Below, in pieces: positions 1 through 9,890 of a DNA stretch of 64,000 nt. The number at the start of each line of letters is the position of its first letter. Position 1 is the stretch's first letter. This stretch comes from Alphaproteobacteria bacterium (GTDB taxonomy: Bacteria > Pseudomonadota > Alphaproteobacteria > JASGCL01), in NCBI GenBank assembly GCA_965203915.1, contig OZ241918.1, positions 268,613 through 332,612 on the forward strand, in the 5' to 3' direction. The notes beneath the pieces were generated by a model that was not told where the DNA came from, did no database searches, and worked only from the letters and a program-made list of their open reading frames with translations. A program made the translations under genes and the position numbers.

Positions 1-2161
1 AACCCATTTGAACTTGGCGATTGCTGTTGGTAAAGGTTCCCGTTTTTTCGGGATAGGCCGACGATGGCAAAATAACATCGGCGAAGAAGCAAGTCTCGGT
101 CAGGAAAATTTCTTGGCATAATAAAAAATCAAGTTTGGCCAAGGCTTGGCGCGCATGCTCGGCATCGGGGTCGCTCATCGCGGGGTTTTCACCCATGATA
201 TACATGGCGCGAATTTCACCCTTTAATATTTCGCCCAAAATTTCAACCACGGTGAAACCGCGTTTGGGGTCAAGTTTGGCGTGCCAGAAATCTTCGTAAA
301 ATTTCCTCACCGCGGCATTTTCAACCAACTTGTAATCAGGAAAAAACATGGGGATGAGCCCCGCGTCCGAAGCCCCCTGGACATTGTTTTGACCGCGTAA
401 TGGGTGCAGACCCGTGCCAACCTTACCAATTTGCCCCGTGATACCCGCCAAAGCAATCAAGCAACGGGCGTTGTCGGTGCCATGCACATGTTGAGAAACC
501 CCCATGCCCCAAAAAATAATCGCCCGCGGCGCGGTGGCGTAGGCACGTGCCACCTCGCGAATTTCTTCGGCGGAAATACCACAAACCTTTGCCATTTTTT
601 CGGGCGTGAAGCCTTTGTTTCGTTCTTTGACCGATGGGAAATGCTCAACATTGTTTTTGATATAATCGTGATTAACCAAATCTTCTTCGATGATGCAATT
701 TATCATGGCGGAGAGTAACGCAACATCCGTCCCCGATTTAAATTGCAAATGTTTCCAAGCATGGCGCGACAAACCACTGCGGCGGGGATCCATAACGATT
801 AATTTTTTGCCAAGTTTGGCGGCTTGTTTAAAAAAGGTAGCAGCCACAGGATGATTTTCGGTTGGCCGCGCGCCGATAACGATAATAAGGTCGGCCGCCA
901 AAGCATCGGTGAAGGGTGCCGATACCGCGCCCGATGCTATCCCCTCCATCAAGGCGGCGACCGATGACGCATGGCACAAACGGGTGCAATGGTCGATGTT
1001 GTTGTTATGAAATCCCGTCCGCACCAATTTTTGCAAAAGATAAGCCTCTTCGTTGGAACCCTTGGCCGAGCCAAAGGCGGCAAAACCTTTCGGCCCTTGG
1101 GTTGCCATGACCTTGGCAAATTCTTTGCCGATGATACCAATGGCTTCATCCCAACTGCCGCGGCGAAAATATTGGTCAATATTTTTTTGGTTTATTTGGT
1201 CATCCCACCTCTTCGCTGGGGCGTCGGCACGGCGGATAAGCGGGTATTTCAAACGGTCGCCATGGCGGGCGTAATCCATGCCAAATCGGCCTTTGACGCA
1301 TAATCGGTTGTGGTTGGCTGGGCCATCGCGGCCATCAACCTTAACAATAAAATCCATGCCCGTTTTTTTATCTTCGCTGGTGCTGATGGTGGTTTGGCAA
1401 CCAACCCCGCAAAATGGGCAACCGCTCTTGGTCTCGGTTAATTCCATATGTTTAAAATCGCCAACCTCCAAATTTTTATATGCTGGCACCAATTTATCTT
1501 CGGCCTTGACGATTTGCGTTTGTGGCAACAACGCCCCCGTGGGGCACGCCGCCACGCATTCGCCACAGGCAACGCATGTCGAATCGCCCATGGGGTTATG
1601 TTGGTCAAAAATAATTTCGCTATCAAAACCGCGTTGCGCCATGCCAATCACATCGTTGACTTGAACTTCGCGGCATGCACGCACGCACAAATTACATTGT
1701 ATGCAAGCATCCAACTGCACCGCCATGGCGGGGTGCGATAAATCCTCGGCCATCTCGGCGCGCGCGGCATTTTTTGGGAATCGGCTTTCGGTTGGGAATT
1801 GGTGGGTTGCGACCATTTTGGCAAATTGCCCGTCGGGATTTTTGAATTCGTTGTCTTTATCTTTTGGTTGGTCGGCCAACAACATTTCAAACACCAATTC
1901 GCGCGATTTTTTTGCACGCGCGCTGTTGGTGGTGACAACCATGCCTGGTTGCGCCTTGCGCAGGCATGATGCCGCCAAAACCCGCTCGCCCTTAACCTCC
2001 ACCATGCAGGCGCGGCAATTACCGTCGGCGCGATAACCAGGCTTGGGCAGGTAGCATAGATGCGGGATCTCCACCCCGCAACGTTGGGCGACTTGCCAAA
2101 TTGTTTCGTCCTTTTCAAAAGGAACAGTCTGGTCGTTTAAAGTTAGGGTATTATTGCTCAT
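1..2161 (-). CDS. Molybdopterin oxidoreductase large subunit, 5' portion of the gene only (runs off the window start). The N-terminus is NuoG-like with 2Fe-2S and 4Fe-4S cysteine clusters. Most likely the alpha subunit of an NAD-linked formate dehydrogenase (FdsA type).
   Basis: Minus-strand translation from the ATG at 2159-2161 reads MSNNTLTLNDQTVPFEKDETIWQVAQRCGVEIPHLCYLP...CRACMVEV..., followed by C-x2-C-x2-C-x3-CP ferredoxin motifs. A TRLCHASSVAAL motif matches the Cys/Sec-His-x-x-S-V-A signature of formate dehydrogenases. The plus-strand ORFs in the track here are spurious. Confidence 0.6.
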   Translation of the reverse strand, partial: MSNNTLTLNDQTVPFEKDETIWQVAQRCGVEIPHLCYLPKPGYRADGNCRACMVEVKGERVLAASCLRKAQPGMVVTTNSARAKKSRELVFEMLLADQPKDKDNEFKNPDGQFAKMVATHQFPTESRFPKNAARAEMAEDLSHPAMAVQLDACIQCNLCVRACREVQVNDVIGMAQRGFDSEIIFDQHNPMGDSTCVACGECVAACPTGALLPQTQIVKAEDKLVPAYKNLEVGDFKHMELTETKSGCPFCGVGCQTTISTSEDKKTGMDFIVKVDGRDGPANHNRLCVKGRFGMDYARHGDRLKYPLIRRADAPAKRWDDQINQKNIDQYFRRGSWDEAIGIIGKEFAKVMATQGPKGFAAFGSAKGSNEEAYLLQKLVRTGFHNNNIDHCTRLCHASSVAALMEGIASGAVSAPFTDALAADLIIVIGARPTENHPVAATFFKQAAKLGKKLIVMDPRRSGLSRHAWKHLQFKSGTDVALLSAMINCIIEEDLVNHDYIKNNVEHFPSVKERNKGFTPEKMAKVCGISAEEIREVARAYATAPRAIIFWGMGVSQHVHGTDNARCLIALAGITGQIGKVGTGLHPLRGQNNVQGASDAGLIPMFFPDYKLVENAAVRKFYEDFWHAKLDPKRGFTVVEILGEILKGEIRAMYIMGENPAMSDPDAEHARQALAKLDFLLCQEIFLTETCFFADVILPSSAYPEKTGTFTNSNRQVQMG

Positions 2162-2340
2162 GATGGGTGCTCGTGCCGATGGAAATTATCATAGACTTTT
2201 TTATTACTAAAGGGAAGTGGGCGATAAAACAAGCATAATGAATCGAAGTAACCTTGACCGATATGCCTGGACAGCCATAACAGATGCGTAAGGATGCAGC
2301 GCGGGGCTAGCAGTTGTTTTTTTTCTTATAATGGTCTAGA

Positions 2341-4020
2341 ATGAAGGTGGAAGAAGCAAGCATGACAGACGATAAACTCCCCCCCGATTCTGATATTACC
2401 TCAAAAAAATCAGTCGAAAAGCCCGATGGGACAAAGACACCCGAAGGTTCATCGTCCAGCGACGCTCCCCAACATAGCGGTAAAAATGCAAAAGGCAAGG
2501 GTAAGCAGGCTGGCGACACGGTTGATAAAAAAACCACCGATGTTAAAAATGCCGACGACAAAGATTCCAAAACCGATGATAAGCATGGTAGCGAGGCTGG
2601 CGAGGAAGCAACCCATGAAGCTGGCGATGATGTTAAAAAGATAAAGGCTATTTTATCCTGCTCCTTTTGCAGTAAGAAGCAACAGGATGTTCAAAAATTG
2701 ATAGCGGGACCTGGGGTTTATATTTGCAACGAATGTGTCGCCCTGTGCAATGACATTGTTGCCGAACAAAAACCGCAATTGCGTTCGGTGGATGGCGCGG
2801 GTTTTTCTGACCTGGTGGCCCTCACCCCGCAAAAAATTGCTGATTTCCTCAACCAATATATCATTGGTCAGGGTAAGGCCAAAACCATTTTGGCGGTGGC
2901 GGTTTACAACCATTACAAACGCCTGAAACATTTGGAACAATTAATCAGCAGCGGGGCTAAAAATAATAAATCATCCACAACCCCCGAATTGCAAAAATCA
3001 AATATCTTGCTGTTGGGCCCGACGGGCAGTGGTAAAACCCTGCTGGCGCAAACCCTGGCCAAATTGCTCGACGTGCCCTTTACCATTGCCGATGCCACCA
3101 CCCTGACCGAGGCTGGCTACGTGGGCGAGGATGTAGAAAATATTCTGGTCAGGTTGCTGCAAGCCGCCGATTACGACATGGCGCGGGCGGAGAAGGGGAT
3201 AGTCTATATCGATGAAATAGATAAAATCAGTCGCAAATCGGAACATCCATCCATCACCCGCGATGTTTCGGGCGAGGGGGTGCAGCAGGCTCTGCTCAAA
3301 ATTATTGAAGGCACCGTGGCGTCGGTCCCACCCCAAGGTGGGCGTAAGCACCCACAGCAAGATTTTTTAAAAATGGACACCAGCAATATTTTGTTTATTT
3401 GCGGTGGTTCCTTCGCGGGTATAGAAAAAATTATTGAGGCTCGCTCCACCAAGACCAGCATAGGTTTTCACGCCCAGCCGTTGGTGCGCGACAAAGACAT
3501 TGCCGACAGACACAATGAATTTTTGCAAAAGGTCGAGGCAGGGGATTTGATAAAATATGGGTTGATTCCCGAATTTGTTGGGCGGTTGCCCGTGGTGGCG
3601 GTGTTGCATGATTTGGATAAAAAAGCCTTGATAGAAATCCTCACCAAACCCAAAAATGCCCTGTTGCGGCAGTATCAAACATTGTTTGATTGGGATGGCG
3701 CGACATTGACCATGACCGATGAGGCGTTGGAAAAAATTGCCGACCTTGCCCTGAAGAAAAAAACGGGGGCGCGGGGTTTGCGATCTATCTTAGAAAGATT
3801 ATTAACCGACACCATGTTTCATTTGCCCAATTGGCAGCAGGCCGTGGTCGACGGTGGCAAAAAAGTTACCGAAGTTATTTTCAATGGCGAAACGGTGGAA
3901 TCCTTAAGCAAAGACATCATCGATGACAGCAAGGATAGCGAACAAAAAAACAATGACGCCATGAACAAGGCTGCTCGCCCGCTTATTATTTATGATAAGG
4001 GCGAAAAGAAGCCAGCTTAA
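2341..4020 (+). CDS. clpX: ATP-dependent Clp protease ATP-binding subunit ClpX, carrying a low-complexity N-terminal extension of about 100 aa that is rich in K, D, S and G.
   Basis: Zinc-finger motif [34 protein letters not shown], Walker [19 protein letters not shown], an IGF-like loop and the ClpX C-terminal domain. A typical ClpX is about 420 aa; this ORF is 559 aa. Confidence 0.9.
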   Translation: MKVEEASMTDDKLPPDSDITSKKSVEKPDGTKTPEGSSSSDAPQHSGKNAKGKGKQAGDTVDKKTTDVKNADDKDSKTDDKHGSEAGEEATHEAGDDVKKIKAILSCSFCSKKQQDVQKLIAGPGVYICNECVALCNDIVAEQKPQLRSVDGAGFSDLVALTPQKIADFLNQYIIGQGKAKTILAVAVYNHYKRLKHLEQLISSGAKNNKSSTTPELQKSNILLLGPTGSGKTLLAQTLAKLLDVPFTIADATTLTEAGYVGEDVENILVRLLQAADYDMARAEKGIVYIDEIDKISRKSEHPSITRDVSGEGVQQALLKIIEGTVASVPPQGGRKHPQQDFLKMDTSNILFICGGSFAGIEKIIEARSTKTSIGFHAQPLVRDKDIADRHNEFLQKVEAGDLIKYGLIPEFVGRLPVVAVLHDLDKKALIEILTKPKNALLRQYQTLFDWDGATLTMTDEALEKIADLALKKKTGARGLRSILERLLTDTMFHLPNWQQAVVDGGKKVTEVIFNGETVESLSKDIIDDSKDSEQKNNDAMNKAARPLIIYDKGEKKPA

Positions 4021-4268
4021 AAAAAGACCCAAAAAACAAACGGCGGAATAACAACAAAAAACATAGTATTTTTATTTTTTGATGAGGGTGGCTTTATACC
4101 CCTTGTAATTTTTATATAGGATAACTATCTTAGGGTTGTTAAGGATGTGATACGGTGCTTGTTTGAGGCTTCTTTGGGCATGGTATTTGCAAATTAACAA
4201 AATGATAACCAAGTTAAGACAAATTATATTATAAAAAAAACGGAATAAAAATAATCAGGTATAAATAG

Positions 4269-6995
4269 ATGACCGATAGTTTAAACAACCCCAAAACCGC
4301 CGATTCGAGCGACCCCTTGGATAAAGGGATGCTGGCGATGAAGCGGCTTATCCCCGTTTTGCCATTGCGAAACCTGGTGGTGTTCCCTTCGATGGTGGTG
4401 CCGCTTTTTGTTGGGCGTGAAAAATCTATCGGCGCATTGGAAGAAGTGATGCGTTCTGACCGCGAAATTTTGTTACTAACCCAAAAGGCCGAGGATATCG
4501 AAGACCCCAAACCAGAAGAATTGTATGAAGTGGGAACATTGGGCAATGTGTTGCAATTGTTGCGCTTGCCCGACGGCACGGTGAAGGTTTTGGTCGAAGG
4601 CGGCAAACGGGTTAAAGTTAAAAAATTTTACCAGGGCGAACAATTTATATCGGCCGAGGTAAGCGAATTAAAAGAAGAAGTAAAAAATCAAGCCGAGATA
4701 ACGCCGCTGATGAAGGCGTTGGTCGAACAGTTCCAAGAATTTTTTCAATTGGGCAAACAAATGCCAAGCGAATTGGCTTCGTCGGTCGAGAAAATAACCG
4801 ACCCAGGAAAATTGGCCGATACGATTGCACAAAATTTAACCATCAAATTGTCTGAAAAACAGGCCTTGCTTGAAATGTTGGTGGTTGACCAAAGGTTAGA
4901 AAAAATATTGGGCTATTTGGAAGGCGAAATTTCGATGGTGCAGGTTGAGAAAAAAATTCGCAACCGCGTCAAACGCCAAATGGAAAAAACGCAACGCGAA
5001 TATTACCTTAATGAACAGATGAAGGCCATTCAAAAAGAATTGGGCTCGGGGGAGGAAGGCTCGCCCAAAAATGAAATAGAAGAATTGAAAGCCAAGGCAA
5101 AAAAATTAAAATTGCCCAAGGAAGCGCAAGAAAAATTTAATGCCGAATTAAAAAAATTATCCTTGATGGGTGCCATGTCGTCCGAGGCTACGGTGGTGCG
5201 CAATTACCTTGATTGGATACTCTCACTGCCCTGGCAAAACCCCAGCAAATTATTGACCAACCTTGACCAGGCCGAAAAAATCCTGAACGAAGACCATTAC
5301 GGTTTAGAAAAGGTTAAAGAACGTATCTTAGAATATTTATCGGTTCTGCAACGGGTAAAAAAAATGAAGGGGCCTATCCTTTGCTTGGTTGGGCCACCAG
5401 GGGTCGGCAAGACGTCGCTTGGTCAATCCATCGCCCGTGCCACCAATCGCCAATTCGTCCGTATGAGTTTGGGCGGGGTGCGGGATGAGGCCGAGATTCG
5501 CGGTCATCGCCGCACTTACATCGGTTCCTTGCCTGGGCGTATTTTGCAATCGATGAAGAAGGCAGGCACCAGCAACCCATTATTTTTATTAGACGAAATT
5601 GATAAATTGGGTGCCGATTGGCGCGGCGATCCCTCTTCGGCATTGTTGGAGGTTCTCGACCCCGAACAAAACAACCACTTCCATGACCATTATTTGGAAT
5701 TGGATTACGATTTGTCGCAAGTTATGTTTATTGCCACGGCGAACAGCCTGCGCATTCCGCCCGCCCTGTTGGACAGGATGGAGATTATTCGTTTGCCAGG
5801 TTATACCGAAGATGAAAAGGTTACGATTGCTGAAAAACATTTGATACCCAAAATCGCCAAGGACTATGGTTTTTACAATGGTGATGGCGATGAAGCCACC
5901 GATGCAAAATCGGGCAAAGCAAAGAACAATGCCAAATTGAGCGATGATGGTGCAGCCAAATTGGCGGGCGAACTTAAACTTGAAGATAAGGGCGAAGGTG
6001 GCACGGCGGATGCCGAGCTCGACCTGCTTGATGCTGACAAGGTTGAAGATAACAAACAAGATAATGAAAAAGCGGCCACCGCCAAACCCAAAGGCGTGAA
6101 GGGGCAAGAAGAATGGGTGGTGAAGGAAGATGCCGTGCGTGATTTGATAAGATACTACACGCGTGAAGCGGGGGTGCGTAATTTGGAACGCGAATTACAA
6201 AAATTGGCACGCAAAGCCATGCGCAAGATTCAACAAAACAAATTATCCAACATCGTTATCGATTCGCAATCGCTTGAGGATTATGCGGGCGTAAAACAAT
6301 TCCGTTTTGGTCTGGCCGAACAAAAAAGTTTGGTGGGGGTGGTGTCGGGCTTGGCCTGGACCGAGGTTGGCGGCGATATTTTGGTGATAGAATCTATTCT
6401 AAAACCAGGTAGCGGCAAGGTTAGCAAGACGGGTAACGTGGGCAAGGTCATGCAAGAATCGGTCGAGGCGGCAGAAAATTATATCAAATCGCGCGCCGCG
6501 TCCTTTGGCATTGACAAAAAAACCATGAGCAAAAATGACGTCCATGTGCACGTGCCCGAAGGGGCAACGCCCAAGGAAGGGCCATCGGCGGGTATTGCCA
6601 TGTTGACGTCGCTGGTTTCCAGCCTGACGGGCATTCCTGTGCGGCGCGACGTGGCGATGACGGGGGAGATAACCCTGCGCGGGCGGGTGTTGCCCATCGG
6701 CGGCTTGAAAGAAAAATTGTTGGCGGCGTTGCGCGGTGGCATTAAAACGGTGCTGATACCCAAAGAAAATGAAAAAGATTTGATAGAATTGCCGCAAGTA
6801 ATTAAGGACAATTTAAAAATCATTCCCGTGGAAACCGCGGACCAAGTTTTGGCCGAGGCCTTGACACAAAAAGTAACCCCCGTGGTATGGGATGATAAAG
6901 ATGAAGAGGTTGATAATAAAAAATCAGCTGGGCAATCCATAACCAAGGCGGTGGAAGAGGATGAAGAAAAATCGAAAGATATTATTCATCAATAA
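4269..6995 (+). CDS. lon: ATP-dependent protease Lon (908 aa), with a low-complexity insertion of about 80 aa between the AAA+ and protease domains and an acidic C-terminal tail.
   Basis: Lon N-terminal domain, Walker A GPPGVGKTSLGQSIA, protease-domain PKEGPSAGIAM with the catalytic Ser, and MTGEITLRGRVLPIGGLKEK. The insertion NGDGDEATDAKSGKAK...KGVKGQEEWVVKED is not present in canonical Lon. Confidence 0.92.
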   Translation: MTDSLNNPKTADSSDPLDKGMLAMKRLIPVLPLRNLVVFPSMVVPLFVGREKSIGALEEVMRSDREILLLTQKAEDIEDPKPEELYEVGTLGNVLQLLRLPDGTVKVLVEGGKRVKVKKFYQGEQFISAEVSELKEEVKNQAEITPLMKALVEQFQEFFQLGKQMPSELASSVEKITDPGKLADTIAQNLTIKLSEKQALLEMLVVDQRLEKILGYLEGEISMVQVEKKIRNRVKRQMEKTQREYYLNEQMKAIQKELGSGEEGSPKNEIEELKAKAKKLKLPKEAQEKFNAELKKLSLMGAMSSEATVVRNYLDWILSLPWQNPSKLLTNLDQAEKILNEDHYGLEKVKERILEYLSVLQRVKKMKGPILCLVGPPGVGKTSLGQSIARATNRQFVRMSLGGVRDEAEIRGHRRTYIGSLPGRILQSMKKAGTSNPLFLLDEIDKLGADWRGDPSSALLEVLDPEQNNHFHDHYLELDYDLSQVMFIATANSLRIPPALLDRMEIIRLPGYTEDEKVTIAEKHLIPKIAKDYGFYNGDGDEATDAKSGKAKNNAKLSDDGAAKLAGELKLEDKGEGGTADAELDLLDADKVEDNKQDNEKAATAKPKGVKGQEEWVVKEDAVRDLIRYYTREAGVRNLERELQKLARKAMRKIQQNKLSNIVIDSQSLEDYAGVKQFRFGLAEQKSLVGVVSGLAWTEVGGDILVIESILKPGSGKVSKTGNVGKVMQESVEAAENYIKSRAASFGIDKKTMSKNDVHVHVPEGATPKEGPSAGIAMLTSLVSSLTGIPVRRDVAMTGEITLRGRVLPIGGLKEKLLAALRGGIKTVLIPKENEKDLIELPQVIKDNLKIIPVETADQVLAEALTQKVTPVVWDDKDEEVDNKKSAGQSITKAVEEDEEKSKDIIHQ

Positions 6996-7047
6996 TGCTT
7001 GCCAAAATAAATAAAATTTAATAATAAAATATTAAGGAGAACAGGTA

Positions 7048-7365
7048 ATGAGCGAAAAACTGACCGACCAAGATTTTAAGCAAAAGGTTTTGGGAAACCC
7101 CTTGCCTGTGTTGGTGGATTTTTGGGCCGAATGGTGTGGCCCATGCAAAGTTGTAGGCCCCATTTTGGAAGAAATTGCCAGCGAACAAAAAGATAAATTG
7201 GTGGTCGCAAAATTAAATATTGACGATTACCCCGATGTGGCCGCCGAATATAAAATTCGTTCCATCCCCACCATGCTGTTATTTAAAGGCGGCAAAATGG
7301 TTGATATGCGCATTGGCGCCATGGCCAAAGGCCAAATCGAAACCTGGCTGGCTAGCCAGATATAA
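7048..7365 (+). CDS. trxA: Thioredoxin.
   Basis: WAEWCGPCK active site; 105 aa. Confidence 0.93.
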   Translation: MSEKLTDQDFKQKVLGNPLPVLVDFWAEWCGPCKVVGPILEEIASEQKDKLVVAKLNIDDYPDVAAEYKIRSIPTMLLFKGGKMVDMRIGAMAKGQIETWLASQI

Positions 7366-7367
7366 TT

Positions 7368-8333
7368 TTATTCGATTGATTTAAGAAAGCGGTCAGCATC
7401 AAGTGCCGCGATGCAACCCATGCCCGCCGATGTGACGGCTTGGCGGTAAACGCTGTCGGCTACATCGCCCGCGGCAAACACCCCTTTGACATTGGTGTCG
7501 GTTTTGCCGGGCGTAACCGTGATATAACCCGTCTTATCCATGTCTATTTGTCCTTTGAAAATCTCGGTGGCGGGGCTGTGACCAATGGCGATAAAGATGC
7601 CCTGCACTGCCAGGGTGGTTTGTTTTTTGTCTTGTACATTCTCAATCACGGCTTGCTCCACCACCGCGGGCTCGCCCGAACCCTTTATATCAACCAATTG
7701 GCTATTCCAAATGATCTTTATCTTGGGATTATTTTTGACGCGGTCTTGCAATATTTGTTCGGCTTTGAATCCTTGACCACGGTGCACCACGGTAACGGTT
7801 TTGCATAAACCCGCGAGGTATAAGGCTTCCTCCATCGCGGTGTTGCCGCCGCCAACCACCACGACATCTTGGTCTTTATAAAAAAATCCATCGCATGTCG
7901 CACAGCCCGAAACGCCAAAGCCTTTAAATTTTTCCTCGGCGGCTATGCCCAACCATTTGGCAACCGCGCCCGTGGCAATAATAACCACGCGCCCGTGGTA
8001 TGTTTTGCCGCTGTCGCCCACCAAAGCAAAGGGTGCGCCGTCCTTGGGCTTAAAATCCACCTTGGTGATGGTGTCGTTGATAATGGTGGCCCCCGCATGG
8101 ATGGTTTGCTCGCGCATCTCCTCCATCAGCCATGGACCCTGGATGGCGGCGCGAAAGCCAGGATAATTTTCAACATCGGTGGTTATCATCAATTGGCCAC
8201 CTGGCTGCAACCCGCTTATCACCAATGGTTTGCGTCCTGCCCTTGCCGCGTAAATGGCGGCGGTATAGCCCGCGGGACCACTGCCAATGATGATCATATC
8301 ATGGATGGTGCTGTCATTCGTCGATGAATTCAT
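7368..8333 (-). CDS. trxB: Thioredoxin-disulfide reductase.
   Basis: GSGPAGYTAAIYAARAG FAD-binding motif, CATCDG redox centre, GGGNTAMEEALYL NADPH-binding motif. Convergent with trxA across a 2-bp gap. Confidence 0.92.
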   Translation of the reverse strand: MNSSTNDSTIHDMIIIGSGPAGYTAAIYAARAGRKPLVISGLQPGGQLMITTDVENYPGFRAAIQGPWLMEEMREQTIHAGATIINDTITKVDFKPKDGAPFALVGDSGKTYHGRVVIIATGAVAKWLGIAAEEKFKGFGVSGCATCDGFFYKDQDVVVVGGGNTAMEEALYLAGLCKTVTVVHRGQGFKAEQILQDRVKNNPKIKIIWNSQLVDIKGSGEPAVVEQAVIENVQDKKQTTLAVQGIFIAIGHSPATEIFKGQIDMDKTGYITVTPGKTDTNVKGVFAAGDVADSVYRQAVTSAGMGCIAALDADRFLKSIE

Positions 8334-8348
8334 AGCAAATTATTTATT

Positions 8349-8669
8349 CTACTTGATAACTTTGTTCGATGGCGTCTTTTCTTTTAGACTATTCCTGATA
8401 AATGTTCCAGCTTTAAACAACACAACACGCCGCGCGGGTATTATAACAATTTGCTTGGTTTTCGGATTGCGTCCAGGTCGCGCATTTTTATCGCGTAAAA
8501 TAAAACTGCCAAAACCTGCCAACTTCACACCGCGTCCTTGCGCCAATTCGGCCGCGATGATAACCATCATGTCGTCCAGAATTTTTTTGCAACGCAAAAC
8601 CGAAAGATTATTTTTGGCCGCGATAGCATTTGCCAAATCTTTTTTAATGATGATTTTTTTATTTGCCAT
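8349..8669 (-). CDS. ihfA: HU/IHF-family DNA-binding protein, most similar to integration host factor alpha.
   Basis: GFGSFILRDKNARPGRNPKTKQIVIIPARRVVLFKAG matches the IHF-alpha arm motif RDKNxRPGRNPKTG...ARRVV.F.PG. Confidence 0.65.
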   Translation of the reverse strand: MANKKIIIKKDLANAIAAKNNLSVLRCKKILDDMMVIIAAELAQGRGVKLAGFGSFILRDKNARPGRNPKTKQIVIIPARRVVLFKAGTFIRNSLKEKTPSNKVIK

Positions 8670-8758
8670 GATGTGTAGAATAGAGTAAGATTTTTTGCAG
8701 TTATAAAAAATAATTTAAGCAAAAGAAAACCAAAAGTAAAGAAAAAACACAATTCCAA

Positions 8759-9229
8759 GTGAATAAAAAAATAAAAAAATATCGCCAAGCGGTTGCGGAA
8801 ACGAATCCGATAGGGCGAAGCAACCGTTGGCAAAGCAACGGATTGGCGCGTTTTCGCGCGTCCATCACCCATTCGTTGAACGGCTTGCGTGCGGTCTTCA
8901 TTTCGGAGCAAGCCTTTCGCTGGGGAGTCTACCTTGGAATAATATTCTTTGGTGCATTATTTTTTATTACGCATATTACGCGTTTGACTCTACATACAAA
9001 CGATTGGTTGTTCCTTATAGCCGCCTATTTAATTTTGTTAGCCTTTGAACTTATTAATTCGGCGATTGAGGTTTTGTGCGACCTGGTGCACCCAACCTAT
9101 CACCGCTTGATTAAGGCCAGCAAAGACATGGCGTCGGCGGCGGTGTTTTTGTCTTACCTGTTTAATGGGCTGGTTTGGTTGGTGTTGGTCGTATGGCCGC
9201 TGTTCAATATTATTTTCAGAAGAAGTTAG
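8759..9229 (+). CDS. dgkA: Diacylglycerol kinase (DgkA-type). The true start is probably internal to the ORF.
   Basis: GLRAVFISEQAFRW...LINSAIEVLCDLVHPTYHRLIKASKDMASAAVFLS matches the E. coli DgkA core. Confidence 0.75.
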   Translation: MNKKIKKYRQAVAETNPIGRSNRWQSNGLARFRASITHSLNGLRAVFISEQAFRWGVYLGIIFFGALFFITHITRLTLHTNDWLFLIAAYLILLAFELINSAIEVLCDLVHPTYHRLIKASKDMASAAVFLSYLFNGLVWLVLVVWPLFNIIFRRS

Positions 9230-9234
9230 CTTTT

Positions 9235-9543
9235 TTATTTTTTATTTTTTTGTTCTAACGTGGCAATATCGGACCGCAAAGCGTGGATGGTTGCCTCCAG
9301 CGATTTGTTTTTCAATTCCAACGATGTGACGGCGATGCCTTGCCGCTTGCTAAATTCTTTTAAGGCTTCAATATCTTCGACCCTCATGCCAGCCAACACT
9401 CCATTTTCAGGCGCGGACTTTATTCCGACCGACGCCTTTAATTTATCAAATATCATGATCATGGGGCGATGGTTAGGATAGAAAGTTTTATAAGAAAATA
9501 TCAGCAAATCAAACAAACGAGCTTTTATTTTATCTTTTAGCAT
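9235..9543 (-). CDS. Hypothetical small protein (102 aa); paralog of the ORF at 9611-9847.
   Basis: The N-terminus MLKDKIKARLFD... is shared with the neighbouring ORF, and the two genes sit in about 300-bp tandem units (shared flank motif cgcgRtataat...tccctaRgtta). Confidence 0.35.
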   Translation of the reverse strand: MLKDKIKARLFDLLIFSYKTFYPNHRPMIMIFDKLKASVGIKSAPENGVLAGMRVEDIEALKEFSKRQGIAVTSLELKNKSLEATIHALRSDIATLEQKNKK

Positions 9544-9610
9544 TTTTTTTCGCGGTATAATATTGGGTGATAGAATTCCCTAGGTTAAAAATAATCGACG
9601 TTGTGCAACC

Positions 9611-9847
9611 TTACGCATCTTTATTATTTTTCTTTTTCTTATCAACCTCTTGCTTCGTTTGTGGTGCGGCACGTCCTTTGCCAGCAAACAGGCTATGCCA
9701 TTTGTTGACCACGCTATCCTTCATGGCAACAGTACGTTCTTTTACCTTATCACAAACCAAGCCCAGGGGGTTCCGCTTGGGAGGGAAAATTTTATAAAAA
9801 AACCTTCCCGCATCAAACAAACAAGCTTTTATTTTATCTTTAAACAT
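9611..9847 (-). CDS. Hypothetical small protein (78 aa); paralog of 9235-9543. Its C-terminal motif (FAGKG) is shared with the UbiB C-terminal tail.
   Basis: MFKDKIKACLFD... N-terminus; ...WHSLFAGKGRAAPQ resembles the UbiB tail ...WRNFFAGKGHDNPRAK. Confidence 0.35.
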   Translation of the reverse strand: MFKDKIKACLFDAGRFFYKIFPPKRNPLGLVCDKVKERTVAMKDSVVNKWHSLFAGKGRAAPQTKQEVDKKKKNNKDA

Positions 9848-9890
9848 TTTTTCCTCGCGATATAATCATGGGTACATATAAATCCCTAAG

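Noticed and set aside
404-2118. Multiple plus- and minus-strand ORFs in the track (for example 404-718, 971-1303, 1278-1664, 1648-2118, 1701-2036) inside the first 2.1 kb.
   Set aside because: They are W/R/P-rich, low-complexity translations of the wrong frames of one long minus-strand molybdopterin oxidoreductase gene. The correct frame reads continuously from the ATG at 2159-2161 with clear Fe-S and molybdopterin motifs.
4020-4268. Searched the clpX-lon intergenic region for an alphaproteobacterial RpoH (CTTG-N17-CYTATNT) heat-shock promoter.
   Set aside because: cttgta and tataggat motifs are present but with wrong spacing; no convincing match, so no promoter feature is called.
5589-6107. 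172-aa minus-strand ORF and other antisense ORFs within lon.
   Set aside because: Antisense to a strongly supported Lon CDS; hydrophobic low-complexity translation; no SD or start context.
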